A stretch of DNA of 32,000 bases, taken from Akkermansia muciniphila ATCC BAA-835. Lineage in GTDB: Bacteria > Verrucomicrobiota > Verrucomicrobiia > Verrucomicrobiales > Akkermansiaceae. Each line of letters begins with the position of its first letter. The first letter of the stretch is position 1. A program made the position numbers and the translations under genes. This document shows positions 1-6,250 of the stretch, piece by piece. Below the pieces are notes generated by a model that worked only from the letters and a program-made list of their open reading frames with translations, ran no database searches and was not told the DNA's origin. The DNA is taken from contig NC_010655.1 of the NCBI RefSeq assembly GCF_000020225.1, forward strand, positions 2,400,001-2,432,000, read 5' to 3'.

Positions 1-1071
1 GAAGTTGTTCACGCCGTCACGGAGCTGCTGCACATAGGCATGCTGATCCGTGGAGCCCTTGTTGCCGTACACGGAAATGCCCTGGCAGACTTCGTTGCCC
101 TCCAGGTCCAGCCGCTTGCCGAGGGATTCCATAATGAGCTGCTGGAGGTATTTGGAGAAGAGCACCAGGGCATCCTTATAAGGGAGAACCACCATATCCT
201 TTTCCCCCTTGCCGCCGGTGGCCTTGTACCAGGCCAGCGCCAGTTTCATGGAGGCGTTGCATTTCACGCAGTCCCGGCGGGTCTTTTCGTCCATCAGGCG
301 CGCGCCTTCCAGCAGATCATCCACGTTCACGCCCTGAAGCACGGCGGGAACCAGCCCTACCACGGACATGACGGAGGTGCGGCCGCCCACCCAGTCTTCC
401 ATCGGGAAACGCCTGAGCCAGCCTTCCGCCTCAGCCGTTTTGTCCAGCCGGGAACCCGTTCCCGTGACGGCGACCGCCTGGGGTGCGAATTCCAGCCCGT
501 TCTTCCTGAAGAAGTCCTGGGCCACCAGCATGCCGTTGCGGGTTTCCGGCGTGCCGCCAGATTTGGAAATGACAATGACAAGCGTTTCTTCCAGAGGGAG
601 GGATTCCAGCACCCGGTACATGCCGTCCGGATCCGTGTTGTCCAGAAAGAACATGTCCAGCCCTGCCGCCGGAATGGCATCCGCCACCAGCTCCGGGCCA
701 AGAGCGGAACCGCCGATGCCGATGACGAGGGCGGCGGAATATTGTTCCGCGCGGGGAGGCGTTATTTTGCCGTCCAGAACGTCCCGTCCGAAGGCTTTGA
801 CGTCCGCCAGGGGGCCGTCAATGGCGGCTTTCAATTCCGGCGTGGGAGCCAGGGAGGAGTTGCGCAGCCAGTAGTGCCCCACCATGCGTTTTTCATCCGG
901 ATTGGCGATGGCGCCGGATTCCAGCGCCTTCATGTCGGCAAACGCCCTGTCTATCCGTCCCTGCATGGAAGACAGGAATGCGTCGTCCAGCGGAAGTTTT
1001 GAAAAATCAAGGGAAATGCCCAGTTCAGGGTAGCGAACGAGTTGTTTTGCGTATAAGCTCATGATGGTCAT
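1..1071 (-). CDS. pgi: Glucose-6-phosphate isomerase, partial (C-terminus lies beyond the left edge)
   Basis: Absent from the supplied ORF track because its stop codon is outside the window. My own reverse-strand translation from the ATG at 1071 reads [77 protein letters not shown]... and reaches ...[13 protein letters not shown] at base 1. The [14 protein letters not shown] and [13 protein letters not shown] motifs are PGI hallmarks. The 40-1002 plus-strand ORF is its antisense shadow. Confidence 0.9.
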   Translation of the reverse strand, partial: MTIMSLYAKQLVRYPELGISLDFSKLPLDDAFLSSMQGRIDRAFADMKALESGAIANPDEKRMVGHYWLRNSSLAPTPELKAAIDGPLADVKAFGRDVLDGKITPPRAEQYSAALVIGIGGSALGPELVADAIPAAGLDMFFLDNTDPDGMYRVLESLPLEETLVIVISKSGGTPETRNGMLVAQDFFRKNGLEFAPQAVAVTGTGSRLDKTAEAEGWLRRFPMEDWVGGRTSVMSVVGLVPAVLQGVNVDDLLEGARLMDEKTRRDCVKCNASMKLALAWYKATGGKGEKDMVVLPYKDALVLFSKYLQQLIMESLGKRLDLEGNEVCQGISVYGNKGSTDQHAYVQQLRDGVNNF

Positions 1072-1086
1072 GGATTGGAAAAAGGG

Positions 1087-2175
1087 TTACCGGAGTTTTT
1101 TCAGGATGCTTTTGGCCTGCACGTCGCCCTGGTCCGCCGCTTTCTGGAACCATTCCCGGGCTTTGGCCATGTCCTTGGGCAGGCCGAAACCGGTCTGATA
1201 CATCACGCCCAGGTTGTATTGCTCCGAGGCATAGCCTTCCGCAGCCGCCCGGCGGCGCGTGCGGGACTGTTCCCTGGCTTCCGCAGCGGTAAGGCCCAGA
1301 ACCCGCGCCGCGTCCGGCCACGCGGCTCCGAATCTGGAAGCGGAAGGGGCATAGCCGGCGGCTCCGGCCTTGCGGTGCATTTCCTCCGCTTTTTTCTTAT
1401 CCCTCTTCACGCCGTATTTGCCCTGGTCATACAGGAACGCCATGCCCCAGTAGCCACGGGGGCAGCCCAACTCCGCCGCCTGCTGGAAGCATTCAAAGGC
1501 ATCTTTATATTTTTTGGAACCCATGGCGCGCACGGCGTCGGAAATATGGAGTTCCGCCTCCTTCAAGCCTAGGAATTCCGGAATAGCCGCCCATTCCCTT
1601 TTCAGTTCCTCCCTGTCCCTTTTGGACTTGGGAGGCATGCCGGACGGACCGGAAAAACGGAAAAGGGGGAAGTAACCCTCCATGGCTCCCATGTTGCCCA
1701 GGCCAGACATCAGAAAAACGCCGGGAGAGACCTTCCACATGTGCATGTACTGGATGCGGCCTTCCTGAAGGGATTCCCTGGCCACCCACTCCGGCATGTT
1801 CGCCGGTTCCCCGAATTGTTCCGTCAGGCCCACCAGAAGAGCCTTATAGGCGGATTTCAGCCTGGTCTCATATTCGGAACCACGGTATTTGCTCCGGGAG
1901 TAGAGGACAACGGCCCTCAAGCCGCCGGAGGGGTCATAGTCAAAGTTCAGGGAAAAAGTCTGGCCGCCTATGGACTGCCTGGTTTTAAACACGCCGTTGA
2001 GCCCGGTGCGTGAAAGGAGGGCGTCCGTGGGCGGCCCTTCAAGCTGCTTGCTCCGCCTCAGGGTTTTCAGCACCTGGTCCTTGTCCATCCCCACCTCCAG
2101 TCCCTCATAAAGGGCGGCAAGCAAAGGGGAACATGTGAGAGCGAAGAGTCCAGCAACATAGGCTAGTTTTTTCAT
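1087..2175 (-). CDS. Secreted Sel1-like repeat (SLR/TPR-like) protein
   Basis: 362-aa ORF with an ATG start and an N-terminal signal peptide (MKKLAYVAGLFALTCSPLLAA). The C-terminal half has Sel1 repeats (AAELGCPRGYWGMAFLYDQGKYGVKRDKKKAEEMHRKAGAAG; AAEGYASEQYNLGVMYQTGFGLPKDMAKAREWFQKAADQGD). It ends 15 nt upstream of the pgi start. Confidence 0.8.
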   Translation of the reverse strand: MKKLAYVAGLFALTCSPLLAALYEGLEVGMDKDQVLKTLRRSKQLEGPPTDALLSRTGLNGVFKTRQSIGGQTFSLNFDYDPSGGLRAVVLYSRSKYRGSEYETRLKSAYKALLVGLTEQFGEPANMPEWVARESLQEGRIQYMHMWKVSPGVFLMSGLGNMGAMEGYFPLFRFSGPSGMPPKSKRDREELKREWAAIPEFLGLKEAELHISDAVRAMGSKKYKDAFECFQQAAELGCPRGYWGMAFLYDQGKYGVKRDKKKAEEMHRKAGAAGYAPSASRFGAAWPDAARVLGLTAAEAREQSRTRRRAAAEGYASEQYNLGVMYQTGFGLPKDMAKAREWFQKAADQGDVQAKSILKKLR

Positions 2176-2270
2176 AGAAAAAGCAATTGGGCGGTTTTCT
2201 ACCAGACCGGAAGAGTTTTCAAAAGGATAAAATGCGTCAGCGATGCAGAGGAAAATTTTTCATAAAATAT

Positions 2271-3209
2271 TCATTTCCAGTCTACCCACAGTCTTTTCAA
2301 ATAATCCTCCCCGGAGAAATCCGGGGGCATGGGGTCATGAGTCAGGCGGAAACCGGGAACGGCACGGGCCACCATCCTGCGGAAGTCCTCGTGGCCCAGC
2401 TTGCGGCAGTTGCTGGTGCACAGCATCCAGCCGCCCGGTTCCAGGCATTCGCGAGCCAGCGCCACCAGCTCCCCGTAGTGGGATTCCACCCGGAACACCT
2501 TTCCGCGGTCATCCCGGGAAAACGTGGGAGGGTCCAGAATAATGCCGTGAAAGGTGCGGCCCTGCCTGGCGAACCGTTCCAGCCAGCGGCGCGCGTCCCC
2601 CTTGCAGAAATACTGGGCGGAGGGCTCAATGCCGTTCAGCATGAAATTTTCCCTGGCCCAGTCCAGGCACGGCTGCGCCAGATCCAGCGTGGTTGTCTGC
2701 GCTCCGCCCAGGGCCGCATAAACGGAAAAGGCTCCCGTATAGGCAAAAGTATTCAGCACCCTCATGCCCGGAGCGCTTTTTTCCCTCACCCGGCGGCGGT
2801 GGTCGCGCTGATCCAGAAAAATTCCCTGGGAATAACCGGCGGACATGTCTATTTTAAAACGCACTCCCTGCTCCAAGGCCGTAAATTGCAGGGGAAGGAG
2901 CGGCCCGGCGATCTGGACGGGCGCGTCTTTCTGGTTTTGTTCCAGTTTTTTGTGGAATACGGGCATGCCCGTATCCCGGAGTTCGCTTTCCAGGTCCGCA
3001 GGAATGGAACAGCCGCGTGTGGAGACGAGAAGACGATCCGCCATCTGATCCACAAAGACACCGGGGATTCCATCCCCCACCCCGTCCATGACCCGGAACA
3101 TATCCGTATCCGGCGGAATCAATTCCCTGTTGCGTTCCACGCAATAATGATAATTTCTCTCCACGGCAGAGCAAAGAGTAACGGATGAAGAACGTTCCCG
3201 CAATGTCAA
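2271..3209 (-). CDS. Class I SAM-dependent rRNA methyltransferase (RlmI/RlmK-like, COG1092/PF10672 type)
   Basis: 312-aa ORF. Motifs: FRVMDGVGDGIPGVFVDQMADRLLV, VLNTFAYTGAFSVYAALGGA (SAM pocket) and IILDPPTFS (catalytic DPPxF). The track start at 3209 is a TTG, so the true start is uncertain (somewhere in 3140-3209). Confidence 0.85.
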   Translation of the reverse strand: MTLRERSSSVTLCSAVERNYHYCVERNRELIPPDTDMFRVMDGVGDGIPGVFVDQMADRLLVSTRGCSIPADLESELRDTGMPVFHKKLEQNQKDAPVQIAGPLLPLQFTALEQGVRFKIDMSAGYSQGIFLDQRDHRRRVREKSAPGMRVLNTFAYTGAFSVYAALGGAQTTTLDLAQPCLDWARENFMLNGIEPSAQYFCKGDARRWLERFARQGRTFHGIILDPPTFSRDDRGKVFRVESHYGELVALARECLEPGGWMLCTSNCRKLGHEDFRRMVARAVPGFRLTHDPMPPDFSGEDYLKRLWVDWK

Positions 3210-3440
3210 AGAAGCAGGAGCCTCATTTCCTCCGGAGCAAGAGTTCCGCCAGGGAAAAACGGTTATTCGGACGGCCCTCCTTCATCAACAGAGACATTAA
3301 AAAAATCGCCTGCAAGGCTAGACCTTGCAGGCAACAACATTTTTTACTGCCGGAAAAGAGGTTCTCAAGCTCTTCGGCGGCGAACCATCAGGGCCGCCAG
3401 CCCCAGCAGACTCAGGGACGCCGTAGCAGGTTCCGGCACG
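2926..3440. repeat. Direct repeat, left-flank copy 1 (partner 4621-5125)
   Basis: By-eye alignment to 4621-5125 gives about 12 substitutions plus one 10-nt gap (caccggggat, present only in copy 1) over ~515 bp. The repeat covers the methyltransferase 5' end, the intergenic region with its terminator hairpin, and the last ~25 codons (PEP-CTERM tail) of the downstream gene. Confidence 0.9.
3299..3332 (-). terminator. Rho-independent terminator of PEP-CTERM gene A
   Basis: Perfect 10-bp stem gcctgcaagg/ccttgcaggc (3308-3317 / 3323-3332) with a 5-nt loop. On the minus strand it is followed by a 7-U run (A-run 3299-3305). It lies 33 nt downstream of the stop at 3365. Confidence 0.75.
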
Positions 3441-4138
3441 GCAAGACTCCTGGTTGCAGCAACAATTTCTTCAGGGGTCGCTACGCCCGGCGTAATGCCC
3501 ATGCCCGTTACATAGTCCGTGTTAACAAGCACAGTTTGATAGTTTTGGGATGTCGTCAAATCGGTGTAGGCAAAATTCCGACCATTATTGCATGGCACTC
3601 CATTACCCTTGTCATCAACTACTTTTGTTCCCTTTGCTCCGTCTGACTGGACAGCCGCCACGAGAGTAAGGGTGACGTAATCAGTCTCTTCCACGGTGTA
3701 GGAAAGATTCGCCAAACTCTCCAGAGAAAGGTAAGCAGAAGCACCAGGACTCCACACAGATCCCTGGTAGGCAAACTTAAGACCATCCGCCGTCAACATC
3801 AAGCCTATGGAACCGGAAGTTGAGTTTTCGCTTATTCTTAAATCAACCAGCAAAATGTTGAAAAAATCTGCTTCATGTATGGCGCTCCGCATAGCCGAGA
3901 GATTCAGGCTGAGCGTGATGGAGGAAGGATGACGCTCCCCACCGGTGGTAACTGCGGAAGAAATGGCACCTGCAGCAAACCCGTTGACGCTGTCATCTTC
4001 CGGAGAAGAGTAGGAGATATCCCCACCAGAAAAATTCTGCGACAGATCCGTAAAAAATGTAGTAGCGGCAACAGCACTGCCTTGAAGAAGCCCCCCCAAT
4101 AAGAGAGAGATAAAAGTTGAAAACTTCATATGCGACAT
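3365..4138 (-). CDS. PEP-CTERM sorting-domain protein A (secreted or cell-surface, no recognisable catalytic domain)
   Basis: 257-aa ORF with a signal peptide (MKFSTFISLLLGGLLQGSAVAA if started at the second ATG, 4129). The C-terminus VPEPATASLSLLGLAALMVRRRRA has the PEP motif, a TM helix and an Arg cluster, i.e. an exosortase sorting signal. The body is Ser/Thr/Gly/Asn-rich. Confidence 0.8.
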   Translation of the reverse strand: MSHMKFSTFISLLLGGLLQGSAVAATTFFTDLSQNFSGGDISYSSPEDDSVNGFAAGAISSAVTTGGERHPSSITLSLNLSAMRSAIHEADFFNILLVDLRISENSTSGSIGLMLTADGLKFAYQGSVWSPGASAYLSLESLANLSYTVEETDYVTLTLVAAVQSDGAKGTKVVDDKGNGVPCNNGRNFAYTDLTTSQNYQTVLVNTDYVTGMGITPGVATPEEIVAATRSLAVPEPATASLSLLGLAALMVRRRRA

Positions 4139-4141
4139 TGT

Positions 4142-4157
4142 GCGGATTAACTATCCG
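4142..4157. repeat. Inverted repeat, left arm of invertible segment A
   Basis: gcggattaactatccg is the exact reverse complement of 4370-4385. It has an internal dyad, CGGA-ttaacta-TCCG, around an asymmetric 7-bp core. Confidence 0.9.
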
Positions 4158-4369
4158 TTGGGAAAAAACAGGTATTGCACAATGTTCTCAAAAAATGATG
4201 AACAAATATCGTAATTAATTGAAAATCAAATTATATCTATTATATATCATGGAATTTGAAATAAACTCGTCCAAAAAACATTCACAGATATTTTCTACGA
4301 TTTGCCAATCTGTTTTTTCTGTCTGTGAATCTGCGTAAATTCCTTTTTTTTAAAAAAATAGTTTGACAG

Positions 4370-4385
4370 CGGATAGTTAATCCGC
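4370..4385. repeat. Inverted repeat, right arm of invertible segment A
   Basis: cggatagttaatccgc is the reverse complement of 4142-4157. A perfect TTGACA hexamer (4363-4368) lies just inside it. Confidence 0.9.
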
Positions 4386-4603
4386 TCACAAAAAAAGAGG
4401 CCGGATTTTTCATTCGGCTTCTCACAGGTCATTACACTGACCAACAACGATTTCCGCTTATTCAGCATACTGTTCGTTAAGAGCTTCCATGATTTCCCTG
4501 GAAGCTTCCGGAATGTTGGTGCCCGGTCCGAAGATGGCCACAGCTCCGTGTTCCTTCAGGAAGTCATAGTCCCGGACGGGAATAACGCTGCCACAGAAGA
4601 CCA
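4370..4603. repeat. Direct repeat, right-flank copy 1 (partner 6015-6250)
   Basis: Co-linear with 6015-6250: the IR arm, the terminator hairpin (degenerate here), then the 3' end of mutB. The coding part is near-identical, while the short stretch between the hairpin and the stop codon is more diverged and has small indels. Confidence 0.85.
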
Positions 4604-4612
4604 ATGATGTTC
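4458..4612 (-). pseudogene. Relic 3' fragment of methylmalonyl-CoA mutase large subunit (duplication remnant)
   Basis: The reverse strand translates to [47 protein letters not shown]. The intact mutB C-terminus at 6105-6250 reads [47 protein letters not shown]. There is no upstream coding continuation. The adjacent terminator copy (4397-4421) has two stem-disrupting substitutions. Confidence 0.85.
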
Positions 4613-4620
4613 AGAACGTT

Positions 4621-4894
4621 TCTTTCTGGTTTTGTTCCAGTTTTTTGTGGAATACGGGCATGCCCGTATCCCGGAGTTCGCTTTCCAGGTCCGCAGGAAT
4701 GGAACAGCCGCGCGTAGAGACGAGAAGACGATCCGCCATCTGATCCACAAAGATCCATCCCCCGCCCCGTCCATGACCCGGAACATACCCGTATCCGGCG
4801 GAATCAATTCCCTGTTGCGTTCCACGCAATGATGATCATTTCTCTCTACGGCAGAGCAAAGAGTAACGGATGAAGAACGTTCCCGCAATGTCAA
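4621..4894 (-). pseudogene. Relic 5' fragment of the RlmI/RlmK-like methyltransferase (frameshifted duplication remnant)
   Basis: The first ~45 codons match gene 2271-3209 (MTLRERSSSVTLCSAVERNDHHCVERNRELIPPDTGMFRVMDGAGDG vs ...NYHYCVERNRELIPPDTDMFRVMDGVGDG). A 10-nt deletion then shifts the frame. The fragment is truncated at 4621, where it abuts the mutB relic. Confidence 0.9.
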
Positions 4895-4983
4895 AGAAGC
4901 AGGAGCCTCATTTCCTCCGGAGCAAGAGTTCCGCCAGGGAAAAACGGTTATTCGGACGGCCCTCCTTCATCAACAGAGACATT

Positions 4984-5017
4984 AAAAAAATCGCCTGCAA
5001 GGCTAGACCTTGCAGGC
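4984..5017 (-). terminator. Rho-independent terminator of PEP-CTERM gene B (duplicate of 3299-3332)
   Basis: Same 10-bp stem (4993-5002 / 5008-5017), 5-nt loop and 7-U run (A-run 4984-4990), 33 nt downstream of the stop at 5050. Confidence 0.75.
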
Positions 5018-5049
5018 AACAACATTTTTTACTGCCGGAAAAGAGGTTC

Positions 5050-5754
5050 TCAAGCTCTTCGGCGGCGAGCCATCAGGGCCGTCAGCCCCAGCAGACTCAG
5101 GGACGCCGTGGCCGGTTCCGGAACGCTGGCTGTTTCTCCAGAAATAGCCAGAGCATTGAACGTAGGCGTGTGGGAGGAACCCGGAGTATTCACCGTCAGA
5201 ATAATTTCGCCATCTTCATTGGCAATAACGTCACTAATGGTGTACCCCGTGGGAGTCCGGGCCTGAATTGTCTGAGAGTTCGCACCTATGGAAGGAGCCG
5301 CGCTGTCGTAGGTATTGGAAGTCACCAGGGAATTCCAGGCACCGGCCCCCTCAAAAGGACACCCGGTAACAAGGGCAATCTGGTAGGAAGCACCAGCCAC
5401 CAGACCGGAAATAGTCAGGGAAAGAGAAGCTCCTTTGGGGCCGGAGATAAAGGTCTGCCAAGAGTTTCCGAAAGAGATCTGGTTTTCCATAAAAGAATCC
5501 AATCCCTGTGTATCAAAAGAAGTTCCGGAGGAAACCCAGTCCCCAGAAGCGGCGGAAGAAGTAGAACCCAGATTAGCGGAAGAGGCTGCCGTAGCCAGGG
5601 TTGCAACAAATCCGGAACCGGAATCGGTTACAGAAACAGTCTTGGCGGGAGTTTCCGGAAGCAAAGAACTGTTAAAATCAAATAATACAGTAGCAGCACT
5701 CGCGGAAAGCGCGGATACCACAGCCAACATGGAAATAGAGGCGATTCTTCTCAT
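5050..5754 (-). CDS. PEP-CTERM sorting-domain protein B (secreted or cell-surface, unrelated body to protein A)
   Basis: 234-aa ORF with an ATG start and a signal peptide (MRRIASISMLAVVSALSASAATV). The C-terminus VPEPATASLSLLGLTALMARRRRA matches protein A, but upstream of that tail I see no similarity to protein A. Confidence 0.8.
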   Translation of the reverse strand: MRRIASISMLAVVSALSASAATVLFDFNSSLLPETPAKTVSVTDSGSGFVATLATAASSANLGSTSSAASGDWVSSGTSFDTQGLDSFMENQISFGNSWQTFISGPKGASLSLTISGLVAGASYQIALVTGCPFEGAGAWNSLVTSNTYDSAAPSIGANSQTIQARTPTGYTISDVIANEDGEIILTVNTPGSSHTPTFNALAISGETASVPEPATASLSLLGLTALMARRRRA

Positions 5755-5791
5755 AAATAGCAGGTAAACAGCAACTGATTTCAGTCAGTAA

Positions 5792-5809
5792 CGGATTGAC
5801 TATCCGGTG
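5792..5809. repeat. Inverted repeat, left arm of invertible segment B
   Basis: cggattgactatccggtg is the exact reverse complement of 6013-6030. It differs from the A-site core by one base (ttGacta vs ttAacta). Confidence 0.9.
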
Positions 5810-6012
5810 TCAAATTATTTTTTAAAAAAAAGAGGGGGTTATGCGGACGGAACAGATGAAAAAACGGAGTATAGAAAAAATAATAAATAAAAATATCTCC
5901 AAAAATATTGGTTGCGACGTTTATTTTAAATAAATAATATGCTATTTATTATCAATAATTTGAAGTCGATAATAGCTGCTACTCCTGAATATTTTCAATG
6001 TCCGCTTTTTTT

Positions 6013-6030
6013 CACCGGATAGTCAATCCG
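6013..6030. repeat. Inverted repeat, right arm of invertible segment B
   Basis: caccggatagtcaatccg is the reverse complement of 5792-5809. It sits 5 nt from the mutB terminator. Confidence 0.9.
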
Positions 6031-6250
6031 CTCACAAAAAAGAGGCCGGATTTTTCATCCGGCCTCTCGCAACAGGTATTTACCTGATAAACAGGAAATT
6101 CCGTTTAGTCAGCGTACTGTTCGTTAAGAGCTTCCATGATTTCCCTGGAAGCTTCCGGAATGTTGGTGCCCGGGCCGAAGATGGCCACAGCTCCGTGTTC
6201 CTTCAGGAAGTCATAGTCCTGGGCGGGAATAACGCCGCCGCAGAAGACCA
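6015..6250. repeat. Direct repeat, right-flank copy 2 (partner 4370-4603)
   Basis: See 4370-4603. This copy holds the intact terminator and the functional mutB 3' end. Confidence 0.85.
6036..6066 (-). terminator. Rho-independent terminator of the mutA-mutB operon
   Basis: 9-bp stem gaggccgga/tccggcctc (6042-6050 / 6058-6066) with a 7-nt loop. On the minus strand it is followed by a U-run (A-run 6036-6041). It lies 39 nt downstream of the mutB stop. Confidence 0.75.

Larger units (their letters stand above)
4142..4385. promoter_or_regulatory. Putative invertible promoter element (inverton) A upstream of PEP-CTERM gene A
   Basis: A 212-bp strongly AT-rich core (4158-4369) sits in an otherwise GC-rich window and is bounded by perfect 16-bp inverted repeats. 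It begins 4 nt from the gene A start codon. The core is the reverse complement of the homologous core 5810-6012. Confidence 0.7.
4621..5125. repeat. Direct repeat, left-flank copy 2 (partner 2926-3440)
   Basis: See 2926-3440. The stretch 4870-5065 is identical to 3185-3380 by eye. Confidence 0.9.
5792..6030. promoter_or_regulatory. Putative invertible promoter element (inverton) B upstream of PEP-CTERM gene B
   Basis: A 203-bp AT-rich core (5810-6012) is bounded by perfect 18-bp inverted repeats and lies 37 nt upstream of the gene B ATG. A TTGACA hexamer abutting the left arm (minus strand, 5813-5808) and preceded by an A/T tract faces gene B. Confidence 0.7.

Noticed and set aside
40-1002. 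320-aa plus-strand ORF (and nested ORFs 357-701 and 368-874)
   Set aside because: It is antisense to a clear pgi reading frame. The composition is Gly/Ala/Arg/His-rich shadow sequence typical of GC-rich DNA, with no recognisable motifs.
3185-3646. Plus-strand ORF whose first ~66 residues (MKNVPAMSKKQEPHFLRSKSS...) are identical to those of ORF 4870-5685
   Set aside because: The identity simply reflects the segmental duplication. Both ORFs run antisense through the terminator and the PEP-CTERM genes and diverge exactly where the duplication ends. There is no independent coding evidence.
4091-4097. C7 (G7 on the coding strand) homopolymer in the signal-peptide region of PEP-CTERM gene A, as a possible slipped-strand phase-variation tract
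   Set aside because: Tracts of equal or greater length occur in essential or non-coding contexts here (G8 inside pheT at 26950-26957; C8 at 22515-22522). The tract is therefore not distinctive, and 7 nt is marginal for slippage.
4556-4894. 112-aa minus-strand ORF
   Set aside because: It is a chimera of the frameshifted methyltransferase 5' relic read through into the mutB relic, a by-product of the duplication junction rather than a gene.
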